Of a stretch of 64,000 nt of DNA, positions 18,175 to 27,588 are shown one piece after another (within the stretch, counting starts at the first letter, position 1; each line of letters starts with the position of its first letter). The notes under the pieces were generated by a model. It did no database searches and was not told the origin of the DNA. It was given only the letters and a program-made list of their open reading frames with translations. This DNA comes from Oscillospiraceae bacterium. Lineage in GTDB: Bacteria > Bacillota > Clostridia > Oscillospirales > Oscillospiraceae. The position numbers and the translations under genes are program-made. The stretch spans positions 20,418-84,417 of the forward strand of contig JAFPFL010000007.1 in NCBI GenBank assembly GCA_017425545.1. Direction: 5' to 3'.

Positions 18175-19146
18175 TCAGGAAAGCGCCTGCTTCAGCACTT
18201 CCAGATTTTTCTGCATGATCGCCAGATAGTTCGTTCCGGCGCTGATCTGTTCGGGCGTGACGGACTGCATCGAGTCCATCTCCAGAATCTCCGCGTCCTT
18301 GGCCGCGGATTCGGAGATGATCGTGTTTGCGATCCGGCAGGTGGAGCCCTCGAGGACCAGAATGTGCTTCAGGCCGAGGCCGTCGAGCTTGCCGACCAGG
18401 AAGCTGATCATGTCGAAAGAGGCTTCGGTCTCCGCCGAGCAGCCGGAGAAGGCGGCGTAGGCCGTCAGGCCGTAGTCCTTGATCAGGTAGAGGAAGGGAT
18501 AGCGGTCGGCGAAGAGCACGGTCCTGCCCGGGGCCTCGGAGACGGCCTGCTCAAACGCGGCGTCGAGCTCGTCGAGCTGCTTGGCGTAGGCGGCGCAGTT
18601 GGCGCGGTAGGTCTCCGCGTGCTCCGCGTCGACCTGGGCGAGCTTCTCGGCCAGCACCGGGCACAGCAGCTTTGCGTTCTTCACGGACAGCCAGACGTGC
18701 TCGTCGTACTCGGTCACTTCCTCGTGCTCGTGATCGTGCTCCGAGCCGGGGCCATCCGGCTCCTCCTCTTCGCGTGCGGCCGTGCCGAGCTCGGCGAGCA
18801 GGCCGACGGCGACCATGTTCTTGTTCTCCGCAGCGCGCAGCGTGTCGGCGACCCACTTGTCGGATTCTCCGCCGATATAGACGAACAGGTCGCAGGTGGA
18901 GATCTTGTAGATGTCCTCAATGGTGGGCTGGAAGTTGTGCATGTCGGCGCCGGAATCCTCAAGCAGGACCAGCTCGACCTCTCCCGCCCGGTCGCCGAGC
19001 AGGTTTCTCACCCAGTCGTAGACGGGGAATACGGTCACGACGATGGTCAGCCTTCCGTCGTCCTTTTTCCGGCCGCAGCCGGCAAAGAGCCCGACGCAGA
19101 TGCACAGCGCCAGCATCAGGCAGAGAATCTGTTTCAGTTGTTTCAT
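18175..19146 (-). CDS. znuA: Metal ABC transporter substrate-binding lipoprotein, ZnuA-like
   Basis: Lipobox LFAGC. Cluster-9 SBP-like sequence with an acidic/His-rich loop EEEEPDGPGSEHDHEHEEVTEYDEH, typical of zinc-specific ZnuA. Confidence 0.88.
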   Translation of the reverse strand: MKQLKQILCLMLALCICVGLFAGCGRKKDDGRLTIVVTVFPVYDWVRNLLGDRAGEVELVLLEDSGADMHNFQPTIEDIYKISTCDLFVYIGGESDKWVADTLRAAENKNMVAVGLLAELGTAAREEEEPDGPGSEHDHEHEEVTEYDEHVWLSVKNAKLLCPVLAEKLAQVDAEHAETYRANCAAYAKQLDELDAAFEQAVSEAPGRTVLFADRYPFLYLIKDYGLTAYAAFSGCSAETEASFDMISFLVGKLDGLGLKHILVLEGSTCRIANTIISESAAKDAEILEMDSMQSVTPEQISAGTNYLAIMQKNLEVLKQALS

Positions 19147-19197
19147 GTTCTTCCTCCAAATCGGGATCGCCTCAGGCCGCGCCCGGATCCCGGATTG

Positions 19198-19596
19198 TCA
19201 TTTGTCCCGTGTGCACCGGCAGTTTTCGCAGATCCCGTAGAGCACGGTCGAGCTGCGGTCGACGGCGAAGTTGTCGAGCGCGGCGATGGATTCCACCAGG
19301 GCTTCGGTCTGCGCCTCGCCGAGATGGAAGGTGCGTCCGCATTTTTTGCAGCTCAGATGCAGATGACGCCGGCACTGCTCTGCGGCGGTGAAGCGGTAAT
19401 AGCGTTCGCGCCCGCCGGCCTCCCGGACGGCGGCCAGCAGGCCTTCCTTCTCCAGCGCGGCCAGATTGCGGTAGACGGCGCTGACGCTGATCTCGGGCAG
19501 AGCCTTCGAGATGATGGAGGCCGAGAGGGTCTCGTCCGCGTGGCTCTGCAGATAGTCCAGCAGCATTTTCCGGGTTTGGGTCTTGTACGTCGGCAT
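19198..19596 (-). CDS. zur: Fur-family transcriptional regulator, probable Zur
   Basis: Winged-helix N-terminus, HLHLSCKKCG...CENC metal sites. First gene of the znuACB operon. Confidence 0.85.
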   Translation of the reverse strand: MPTYKTQTRKMLLDYLQSHADETLSASIISKALPEISVSAVYRNLAALEKEGLLAAVREAGGRERYYRFTAAEQCRRHLHLSCKKCGRTFHLGEAQTEALVESIAALDNFAVDRSSTVLYGICENCRCTRDK

Positions 19597-19610
19597 AATG
19601 TGCCTCCATT

Positions 19611-19627
19611 TTGCGAATCATTTGCAA
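19611..19627 (-). promoter_or_regulatory. Fur-family (Zur-box-like) 7-1-7 operator overlapping the transcription start region
   Basis: TTGCGAAT-C-ATTTGCAA is a near-perfect palindrome lying between the -10 element and the zur ATG. Confidence 0.7.
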
Positions 19628-19630
19628 ATT

Positions 19631-19659
19631 ACTATAACAGGGTGAAGGGCATTTGTCAA
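19631..19659 (-). promoter_or_regulatory. Sigma-A promoter of the zur-znu operon
   Basis: On the minus strand: TTGACA (19659-19654), 17-nt spacer, TATAGT (19636-19631). Confidence 0.7.
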
Positions 19660-19665
19660 GGAATA

Positions 19666-19682
19666 CTGCGAATCATTCGCAG
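19666..19682. promoter_or_regulatory. Second Zur-box-like perfect palindrome
   Basis: CTGCGAAT-C-ATTCGCAG is a perfect 8-1-8 inverted repeat just upstream of the -35, inside the divergent intergenic region. Confidence 0.7.
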
Positions 19683-19718
19683 CAATTTCAAGGTTTCCGA
19701 TTATTTTTGCGAAAGCAC

Positions 19719-19746
19719 TTGCCACCGCCGAAAAACGCAGTATAAT
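19719..19746 (+). promoter_or_regulatory. Candidate promoter for the 19803 gene
   Basis: TTGCCA, 16-nt spacer, TATAAT. Confidence 0.5.
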
Positions 19747-19802
19747 AAAGTTAAATTGATATGCGAAGAAACAAACGGTGAGAAACAAATAACGAGGCTG
19801 TT

Positions 19803-21797
19803 ATGGCAAACTTTCAACGATTCCAGACAATTTCAACAGGGCCGCAAAACCTCTTTGATCCCGACTGCCCGGTCTGGGTCAGCCGCTGCCGGCTGAGCCG
19901 CGATCTGGAGACCGGCAAGCGTCTGCTGCAGGTCCGGATGGTGAACTGCTCGGACAAGAAGATCACCCGGGTCTTTTTGCGGGTCAAGTGCGCCGATGGG
20001 GCGGGGCAGGGCCTGACGGTCCTGCAGATGGTGCCGACGCCTTCGCTGCTGGCGATGCCCGGCCGTGCGTTCGGCGACGATAAAATCATCGAGCTTCCCG
20101 CTCCGGAGACGACGTTTGTGGAGGCCTTTGCCCAGCGCGTCGAGTTCTCGGATCAGACGAGCTGGAACGAGCAGTCGGCTCATCACTATCTGGCCTTCCC
20201 GGCTCCGGTCCAGGTCAGCGCCGCCGACCCGGACTATCCGAAGCTCCGCGAGCTTGCCGAGCGGGGCGGCGTCCGCAACAGCTATCGCTTCCACAGCCAG
20301 AAGGACATGTGGCTCTGCACCTGCGGCCAGCCAAACGGCTCCGCCGCCCTGCGCTGCGCGCACTGCGGCGCGGACCGGCTCTGGCTGGAAAAACATATGG
20401 ACCCCGACTACCGTGAGCCTGCGCCGGTTCAGCCGGCAGCGCCCGTGCCTGCGCCCGTGCCCGCTCCGGCCCCGGTCGTCGTGCCGATTCTGCCCGCGCA
20501 GCCTGCGCCGGCGCCCCGGACCAGCGCCTACGGCGCGGTCCCACCCCAGAGCGTCCCTGCCCGCCCCCGGGAGGACGACGAGCCGGAACGCAGCCATGCA
20601 GGCAGAACGCTCGCGATCATCCTGGCGATCCTCCTTTTCCTCAGCGTCGGCGGTTGGGTCGCCTTCCGGGAGCTTCGCCCCTATCTCCGCTACCGCGAGG
20701 CGGAAAAGGCGGTCAGCGCGGGCAACTATGAGCAGGCGGAGCTCATCTTCAAGGAGCTCGGCGATTACAAAAACAGCGCCGCCCGCGTCGGGGAGATGGA
20801 ACTGAACAAGATCCGCGCCCTCATGAAGGACGGCGATTACGAGCAGGCCCTCCAGCTTCTTGACGGCGTCCGCAGCCTCGAAGGCGCGGGCGATCTGCGG
20901 GCGGACTGCTATTACAGCCTCGCCGTGCTGGCCTTCAACGACGGCGACCTGGAACGGACCGCCTCCTATACTGAGCAGCTTGCCGCAGAATATCCCGACT
21001 ATCCGGAGCTTCCGAAGCTGCAGCAGTATCTGCATTACAGCCTCGGCAACCAGGCCTTCGGCGAGGCCGCGAAGCTTGCCGACAACGACCCGGCCAAGAT
21101 CCCGTGCTTTGAAAAGGCAATTCAGGAGTACAGCCAGACCGACTACAAGGACAGCGCCGACCGGCTCCGCGAGAGCCGCTACCGCATTGCCATCGTGAAT
21201 ATGAATCTCGGCCGCTATCAGGATGCGATCCAGCAGTTCACGAACCTCGGCGATTATCTGGACAGCCAAAGATACCGCGCCGACTGCATGTTCGCCTATG
21301 CGAAGACGCATCTGGAGATGACGGATTCTCTGACCCTTGACTACCTGACGGAGCTTGCCGGGGAAGGCTATGACGGGGCCCAGGAGCTCCTCGACCGCCT
21401 GAACGGCGTCGGCTTTGTCTTCTCTCTGACCGCCGATCCCACGGTCGATCCCCGTCAGCCGCTGACCGTGGCCTCGGACCTGTCGAAGGTCTATCTTGCC
21501 TACCACATTACGCCGCGCGAGGGAGCCGGCGCCGTGATCGTTCTGGTCGTCTATCAGCTTCCGGACGGCCGGCAGGGCAGAGGCGTCCTCAACAGCGACG
21601 GCAGCGCCGTCGGGGCGAAGCGCTGGTCCGATCTATTCCCCGCAGAATGCAGCGTGGGCGGAACGGTCACCGTTTCCTTCTACGATTCCGCAGTCGGCGA
21701 GGGCATCCCGCTGGAGACCCTCAGCTTCGACTATCAGCCCGCGAGCGAGCCGGAGGACGCCTCCGGCCAGCCTCCGGAGACCGGTGGCGAAGAATGA
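19803..21797 (+). CDS. Zinc-ribbon / single-pass membrane protein with TPR-like repeats
   Basis: CTCGQPNGSAALRCAHCG zinc ribbon, Pro-rich linker, TM helix LAIILAILLFLSVGGWVAF, then repeated helical TPR-like segments. Confidence 0.7.
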   Translation: MANFQRFQTISTGPQNLFDPDCPVWVSRCRLSRDLETGKRLLQVRMVNCSDKKITRVFLRVKCADGAGQGLTVLQMVPTPSLLAMPGRAFGDDKIIELPAPETTFVEAFAQRVEFSDQTSWNEQSAHHYLAFPAPVQVSAADPDYPKLRELAERGGVRNSYRFHSQKDMWLCTCGQPNGSAALRCAHCGADRLWLEKHMDPDYREPAPVQPAAPVPAPVPAPAPVVVPILPAQPAPAPRTSAYGAVPPQSVPARPREDDEPERSHAGRTLAIILAILLFLSVGGWVAFRELRPYLRYREAEKAVSAGNYEQAELIFKELGDYKNSAARVGEMELNKIRALMKDGDYEQALQLLDGVRSLEGAGDLRADCYYSLAVLAFNDGDLERTASYTEQLAAEYPDYPELPKLQQYLHYSLGNQAFGEAAKLADNDPAKIPCFEKAIQEYSQTDYKDSADRLRESRYRIAIVNMNLGRYQDAIQQFTNLGDYLDSQRYRADCMFAYAKTHLEMTDSLTLDYLTELAGEGYDGAQELLDRLNGVGFVFSLTADPTVDPRQPLTVASDLSKVYLAYHITPREGAGAVIVLVVYQLPDGRQGRGVLNSDGSAVGAKRWSDLFPAECSVGGTVTVSFYDSAVGEGIPLETLSFDYQPASEPEDASGQPPETGGEE

Positions 21798-22804
21798 TGC
21801 CGGAGCTTCGCTATGCCTTCGCCCCGATGGAGGGCGTCACGGGCAAGATCCTGCGCGAGCTGCACGCGGCGTATTTCCCCGGCGTCGACCGCTACTGCAT
21901 GCCCTTTATGACGCCGACGGACGTCCACAAGCTGACCGATCGCCAGCTCCGCGCTCTGGATCCCGGCCCACTGGGGATTGACCGCCTGCTGCCGCAGGTC
22001 CTGACGCGGTCCGCGGAGGACTTTCTGTGGTTTGCCTCGGCGATCGCCGGGCTCGGCTATCGCGAGGTCAACCTGAACCTCGGCTGTCCCTCGGGTACGG
22101 TCGTGAGCAAGGGCCGTGGCGCCGGAATGCTGCGCGACCCGGACGCGCTGGACCGCTTTCTGGACCAGATCTTCCGCGCCAGCCCGATCGCGGTCTCCGT
22201 CAAGACCCGGATCGGCCTCGAGGAACCGGCGGAGTTTGGCCCGATCCTGCAGGTGCTCGCCCGCTACCCGATCCGGGAGCTGACCGTCCACCCGCGCACC
22301 CGCCGCGAGATGTACACCGGCGGCGTCCACCTGGACGCCTTTGCCGAGGCGGTCCGGGTTATTTCCGTCCCGCTGTGTTATAATGGGAACCTTTTCAGCC
22401 CCGAATCCGTCTTCTTATTAAGGGAACGGTTTCCGTCCGTCTCGTCTGTCATGATCGGGCGCGGGCTGCTGGCCGATCCCGCCCTGGTCACGCGCTGCCG
22501 CGGCGGCGAACGCAGCCGCGAGACCCTGATCTCGTTCCACAATGCGCTCTGCGCGGCCTACCTCGAGCGTCTGCACCCGAATCAGGGCGCGCTTCCGAAG
22601 CTCAAGGAGATCTGGGCCATGCTGTCGCTGCTCTTTGCAGACGACGGCAGCTGGAAGCGCATGCGAAAGTGCAAAACCTGGCCGGAGTTCTACCCGCTGA
22701 CCCAGCAGCTCCTCTACACCGGCACGCTGCTGCCCGAGGCGGACTTCTCCCGCCAGAATCAATCTGACGCGATCCCGCGTCCAAACCCCGAAACCAATGC
22801 GTGA
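21794..22804 (+). CDS. dus: tRNA-dihydrouridine synthase (Dus family)
   Basis: Track ORF trimmed to MMPELRYAFAPMEGVTG (ATGA overlap with the upstream stop). Also contains NLNLGCPS, typical of Dus. Confidence 0.85.
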   Translation: MMPELRYAFAPMEGVTGKILRELHAAYFPGVDRYCMPFMTPTDVHKLTDRQLRALDPGPLGIDRLLPQVLTRSAEDFLWFASAIAGLGYREVNLNLGCPSGTVVSKGRGAGMLRDPDALDRFLDQIFRASPIAVSVKTRIGLEEPAEFGPILQVLARYPIRELTVHPRTRREMYTGGVHLDAFAEAVRVISVPLCYNGNLFSPESVFLLRERFPSVSSVMIGRGLLADPALVTRCRGGERSRETLISFHNALCAAYLERLHPNQGALPKLKEIWAMLSLLFADDGSWKRMRKCKTWPEFYPLTQQLLYTGTLLPEADFSRQNQSDAIPRPNPETNA

Positions 22805-22837
22805 TCACACATCACAGCAAAAAAAGGAGGATGCCAA

Positions 22838-24790
22838 ATGTATTGCCCGAAATGCGGAAAAGAGATCCCGGAGGACTCCGAATTCTGCGTACACTGCGGC
22901 GCGCGCCTGGATGAAAACAACCTGGCGCAGACGGCGGAGCCCGTGAGACCGGAGCCGTTTGTCGAACCGCAGCCCATCACCCGCCAGACGTCCGTCCCGG
23001 CGCCGGAAGCAGCCATCCCGGCGTTTGCGCAGACGCCCCTTGAGGCAGGCCCGTCCGCACCCGTGGAGGCACGGAAAAAGAGGTCCAGGAAACCGCTGTT
23101 TCTGACGCTCGGCGCGGTCGCTCTGGTCGCGATCCTGGCCGTCGGCGCCTGGCTCCTGTTCTTCCGGAAAAATCAGAAGGACGCCCCCGCAAAGCTGCAG
23201 GAAAACGCCATGACCCGCTCGCTGGACTCGCTCGCCTCCTACGTGGAGTCCCTGCCGAACCTCCAACAGATCGTGGAGAACACCAAATGGCTGACTCAGA
23301 GCGACACGCTGCATCTGAATCTCCATGTGGTTGGGGACGACAACAACGTGGAGTTGACGCTGGACTATGACCGTACCGGCAAGCTGCTCCTGCGTGCGAA
23401 CGTCAAGACTGAGGGCGTCAACTTCCCGCTCAACGTCTATATGGACAAGACGGAGATGCAGTTCCGCAGCACGCCGCTATTCGGCGAGGACAAGGTCCTG
23501 AGCCTGCCGATGCAGGGCTTCGGCAAGGCTTGGAACGAATCCGTGTTTCCCGACCTGATCGGCGGGCAGGCTGGCGGTGGAAAGCTCTATCTGCCGGACG
23601 ACTTTTCGCTCACCTTCCCCTCCGAAGAAGAGCTTGAGAAGCTGATGGAACGCGCCTACGGAGAAGACGGACGGCTGTTGATCGAATCCTATCAATTCCG
23701 GGAGGTCACAGAAGGCGCGCTCACCGACATGGGCAAAACCTGCGAACGGACCTTGGACAAAGCGCTGCTTGACAAGCTGGCCGAAGAGGCTGAAGAGGAG
23801 CTCAATAGCTTCACGGACCTCGAAGGACCTGAAGATCTGCGGAATGTGGATCTGGAGCGGGTTCTGGTATCTCTCTACCTGCAGTTGCTCAGCGAAGACA
23901 ACATGAACCTCGTGCAGCGCTACTGTGTGAACGACGACGACGTCCTGACCGGCTGCTACATGGAGATGGGCGGTCTGAGCGGGGAGATCCGCCTGGACGG
24001 CGCCGAGAACCCCTGGCAGCACGTCACCTACAGCATGACCGGGAATAATTACTTCCTGCTCAGCCCCTACGGCACGGTGAACACCTTCCCCGTGGAGGAT
24101 TATGGTTCCGACAGCTCCGACGGGGATGTGTATGATTTCTACGTCTTTTGCATCGGCGGCGAGGGCATTGAGGCGGGCGTCGATCTGGACAGCCTCGACC
24201 TGAGCGTTCTGGAGGAGCCTGGCGGGTATGTCGTCGACGCCGAAGGCAACCTGAAGAAGATCGGCATAGACGACCCGGCATGGGAAGACTTCAATGATAC
24301 GTTTGACATGTACGTCATCGGAGAAGACGGCAAGCTGAAGAAATTCGACGCAGATGCCGCATTTGGCGAGGATTACACTTCCTGGGACCCCGATGCGTAC
24401 GACGACTACGACGAATTCGACCCGGACGCTGAGACGCAGATCAGCCTGGAGCTGACCTCGGAGATCCAGGACGACAGCCTGATCCTCACAGTCAACGGCG
24501 GCGAGGCCTATGATGACTTCACCGGCAAGCTGATCTACCGAGATTCCGACGGCAGGATCACAGCGGAAGACAATGACGGCAAGGCCCTTCCCGGCAGCGT
24601 CAGACTGACTCCGGAGGACGGCGGCTTCAGCCTCTCCGGAACCTTCGGCGACTCCGGCAGCGTTACCTTTATCGTGAGCAGCAAGGTCGGGGAGATCGCC
24701 CCGCTGTCGGCTTCGCCCGTGAAGCTGTTCTCGATGAGCAGGGAAGAGCTCGAGGAAACCTTCTCCGGCATCTTGTCCAGGATTTTCTGA
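22838..24790 (+). CDS. Zinc-ribbon single-pass membrane protein with large acidic extracytoplasmic domain
   Basis: MYCPKCGKEIPEDSEFCVHCG zinc ribbon, TM helix LFLTLGAVALVAILAVGAWLLFF, then about 540 aa of Asp/Glu-rich domain. AGGAGG RBS. Confidence 0.7.
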   Translation: MYCPKCGKEIPEDSEFCVHCGARLDENNLAQTAEPVRPEPFVEPQPITRQTSVPAPEAAIPAFAQTPLEAGPSAPVEARKKRSRKPLFLTLGAVALVAILAVGAWLLFFRKNQKDAPAKLQENAMTRSLDSLASYVESLPNLQQIVENTKWLTQSDTLHLNLHVVGDDNNVELTLDYDRTGKLLLRANVKTEGVNFPLNVYMDKTEMQFRSTPLFGEDKVLSLPMQGFGKAWNESVFPDLIGGQAGGGKLYLPDDFSLTFPSEEELEKLMERAYGEDGRLLIESYQFREVTEGALTDMGKTCERTLDKALLDKLAEEAEEELNSFTDLEGPEDLRNVDLERVLVSLYLQLLSEDNMNLVQRYCVNDDDVLTGCYMEMGGLSGEIRLDGAENPWQHVTYSMTGNNYFLLSPYGTVNTFPVEDYGSDSSDGDVYDFYVFCIGGEGIEAGVDLDSLDLSVLEEPGGYVVDAEGNLKKIGIDDPAWEDFNDTFDMYVIGEDGKLKKFDADAAFGEDYTSWDPDAYDDYDEFDPDAETQISLELTSEIQDDSLILTVNGGEAYDDFTGKLIYRDSDGRITAEDNDGKALPGSVRLTPEDGGFSLSGTFGDSGSVTFIVSSKVGEIAPLSASPVKLFSMSREELEETFSGILSRIF

Positions 24791-24919
24791 TGACGCGCCG
24801 GGGCTGAGCCCTGACCTGCGTCCTGCCTGCGCACCGGCCCTCCGGCAATTGCCGGAGGGCCGGTTTCTCGCCGGATGCGGCCGTTTTTTCCGGTCGGGCG
24901 AAAAAATCCCGCTGCGTTC

Positions 24920-24948
24920 TTGCAATTCCCCCGCGGGAATGCTATACT
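24920..24948 (+). promoter_or_regulatory. Sigma-A promoter upstream of aspartokinase leader
   Basis: TTGCAA (24920-24925), 17-nt spacer, TATACT (24943-24948). Confidence 0.65.
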
Positions 24949-24954
24949 GAAATA

Positions 24955-25053
24955 TCATAATGGGTTCGTTTCGGGAGAAACGGCGGGAACCCGACAGGCG
25001 CGCCCCGCATAGACTGCATTGCGGGACGTTCCGACAGATCCCGCGCGTTTTTT
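24955..25053 (+). promoter_or_regulatory. Structured leader with mutually exclusive antiterminator/terminator (class unknown)
   Basis: Hairpin GGGTTC..GAACCC (24962-24992). CCCGCA (25005-10) / TGCGGG (25020-25) competes with GCGGGA (25021-26) / TCCCGC (25039-44), which is followed by TTTTTT (25048-53). Confidence 0.5.
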
Positions 25054-25081
25054 CGGAATTTGATCGGATAAAGGAGTTACC

Positions 25082-26401
25082 ATGCGGAAGGTATTGAAAT
25101 TCGGCGGCAGCTCAATGGCGAGCGCCGCGCAGTATGCCAAGGTGAAAGCCATCGTGGAGTCCGACGACTCCCGTTCCGTGGTGGTCGTTTCCGCGGCGGG
25201 GAAGCAGTCGCCGGAGGATCACAAGGTGACGGATCTGCTCTACCTCTGCTATGCGCACATGAAATACGGCGTTTCGGTGGACTCCGTGTTCAACATGATC
25301 TCCGCCCGCTATCTGCAGATCCGCGACGGGCTCGGCCTGCACACGGATCTCGAGTCGGAGCTTGCCAGGATCCGCGCCGATATGGACGAAGGGATCAGCG
25401 AGGACGAACTCGCCTCCCGCGGCGAGTATCTCTCCGCGCGGCTGATGGCGGACTATCTGGGCTTCGACTTCGTCGACGCCACCGAGTGGCTGCAGTTCAA
25501 GCTGGACGGCAGCGTGGATAAGGAGGTATCCTACGCCGCACTGCGCTCCCTGGCCGAGGGCCGGAAGATCGTCACCCCCGGCTTCTACGGCCGCGGCGCG
25601 GACGGCAGCATCCGGACCTTCTCCCGCGGCGGCTCGGACATCACCGGCGCCTTTGCGGCGGCCGCCCTGGACGCGGAGGTCTATGAAAACTGGACTGACG
25701 TTTCCGGCATTCTGATGGCCGACCCGCGGATCGTCGAAAACCCGGAGCCGATCCCGCGCGTGACCTATGCCGAGCTGCGCGAGCTCAGCTATCTCGGCGC
25801 GAAGGTCCTCCACGAGGACACGATCTTCCCGGTGGCCGAGAAAAACATCCCGCTCAATATCCGCAATACGAACGACCCGGCCCAGCCGGGCACGATCATC
25901 CGCGACCGCTTCGACGAGGACGAGACCGAGGAAGGCCATCGCTTCATCACGGGCATCGCGGGCAAGCCGGATTTCTCGGTGCTCAGCCTCTCCAAAAAGG
26001 GCCTCTCCTCCGAGATCGGCAAGATGCGGAAGGTCTTCGAGATCTTCGAGGCCCACGGCATCGCCGTCGAGTACACGCCGAACGGCATCGACACGGTCTC
26101 TCTCGTCGTCGCCACCCAGCAGCTCAAAAAGAAGGAGAGCAGCCTTGCCGCCGCCCTGCAGGAGGCGCTCGACCCAGACCGCCTCGAGTTCACCGACGGC
26201 ATCGCCATCGTCGCCGCGGTCGGCCGCAAGATGGCCAATCGGCCCGGCATCACCGGACAGATCTTCTCCGCCCTCGGCTCTGAGGGCATCAACATCCGCC
26301 TGATCTCCCAGGGCCCGCGGGAGGTCAACATCATCTTCGGCGTGGATAACCGCGACTTCAAGGCCGCGGTGCGGGTCCTCTACAACAGCTTTGTCAAGTA
26401 A
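25082..26401 (+). CDS. Aspartate kinase
   Basis: KFGGSSMASA, VVVVSAAGK; C-terminal ACT-like region; followed by asd. Confidence 0.92.
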   Translation: MRKVLKFGGSSMASAAQYAKVKAIVESDDSRSVVVVSAAGKQSPEDHKVTDLLYLCYAHMKYGVSVDSVFNMISARYLQIRDGLGLHTDLESELARIRADMDEGISEDELASRGEYLSARLMADYLGFDFVDATEWLQFKLDGSVDKEVSYAALRSLAEGRKIVTPGFYGRGADGSIRTFSRGGSDITGAFAAAALDAEVYENWTDVSGILMADPRIVENPEPIPRVTYAELRELSYLGAKVLHEDTIFPVAEKNIPLNIRNTNDPAQPGTIIRDRFDEDETEEGHRFITGIAGKPDFSVLSLSKKGLSSEIGKMRKVFEIFEAHGIAVEYTPNGIDTVSLVVATQQLKKKESSLAAALQEALDPDRLEFTDGIAIVAAVGRKMANRPGITGQIFSALGSEGINIRLISQGPREVNIIFGVDNRDFKAAVRVLYNSFVK

Positions 26402-26413
26402 GGAGGGGCAGCC

Positions 26414-27424
26414 ATGAAACAGTACAAGGTCGGCATTCTCGGCGCCACCGGCGCGGTGGGCCGCGAAATGATGAAAGTTTTGCTCGAACGGGATTTCCCG
26501 ATCAGCGAGCTCCATCTCTACGCCAGCGAGCGCAGCGCGGGAAAGGTCGTGGCCTGGAACAGCGGCCCGATCCAGATCGAGCTGGCCGAGGAAGGCGCCT
26601 TCGAGGGCCTGGATATCGTGCTCGGCGCGGCCTCCAGTGAGGTCGCAAAGCAGTTCGCACCGGATATCGTCAAGGCCGGGGCGGTTTTCGTGGATAATTC
26701 CTCCGCCTTCCGTCTGCATGACGACGTCCCCCTGGTCGTTCCGGAGATCAACCCCGAGGACGTCAAGGGACACAAGGGCATTATTGCCAACCCGAACTGC
26801 TCCACGATCATTGCGCTCACAGCGATCAACGCCCTGCGCCAGATCTCGCCCATCGAGACCATGATCGCCTCCACCTATCAGGCGGTCTCCGGCGCGGGCG
26901 CGGGCGGCCCGATCGAGCTCAACGCCGAGGTTGCGGCTCTCTACAAGGGAGAACCCGTCGAGCCGAAGGTCTTCCCCTATCAGATCGCCTTCAACCTGAT
27001 CCCCCAGATCGGCGGCGAGCAGGAGGCGGGCTACACCTCCGAGGAGATGAAGCTCCAGTACGAGGGCCGGAAGATCCTGCACCTGCCCAACATGAAGGTC
27101 AGCTGCACCTGCGTCCGCGTGCCGGTCTCCCGCAGCCATTCCATCTCCTTGCAGATGCGCTTCCAGCGGAAGATCAGCGCACGTGAGGCCCGTCTGGCCC
27201 TGCAGTATGCTCCCGGCGTCAAGCTGGTGGACGATCTGGCAAAGAAACTCTACCCGATGCCGCTGGATACCTCCGACCAGGATCTGGTCTTCGTCGGCCG
27301 CATCCGCGAGGATCTGACCGACGAGCGTGGCCTCTGCCTCTGGTGCTGCGGAGACCAGATCCGCAAGGGCGCCGCGACGAACGCGATCCAGATCGCCGAG
27401 CTGCTGATCAGCCGCGAGGCGTGA
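26414..27424 (+). CDS. asd: Aspartate-semialdehyde dehydrogenase
   Basis: GILGATGAVGREM, IANPNCSTI (active-site Cys), typical length. Confidence 0.93.
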   Translation: MKQYKVGILGATGAVGREMMKVLLERDFPISELHLYASERSAGKVVAWNSGPIQIELAEEGAFEGLDIVLGAASSEVAKQFAPDIVKAGAVFVDNSSAFRLHDDVPLVVPEINPEDVKGHKGIIANPNCSTIIALTAINALRQISPIETMIASTYQAVSGAGAGGPIELNAEVAALYKGEPVEPKVFPYQIAFNLIPQIGGEQEAGYTSEEMKLQYEGRKILHLPNMKVSCTCVRVPVSRSHSISLQMRFQRKISAREARLALQYAPGVKLVDDLAKKLYPMPLDTSDQDLVFVGRIREDLTDERGLCLWCCGDQIRKGAATNAIQIAELLISREA

Positions 27425-27588
27425 GCAAAGGCGGGCAATCCCCCGGGGCAGCTGCATTCGCAGGCGCCCCGGGGGAAAAAACAATGAATACAGAAAACTT
27501 TAAAATGAATCACAAATAGATATGACATGGGGCAATTCAGAGAATTGCCCCATACATCAATGATTCGTTCTTCTGTATTCGTTTTTCA

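Noticed and set aside
24955-25081. Lysine riboswitch (L-box) or T-box upstream of aspartokinase
   Set aside because: The leader is only about 130 nt, and I could not find the conserved L-box cores or a T-box (specifier loop plus GGUGGUACCGCG-like) sequence. It is kept only as an unclassified attenuator candidate.
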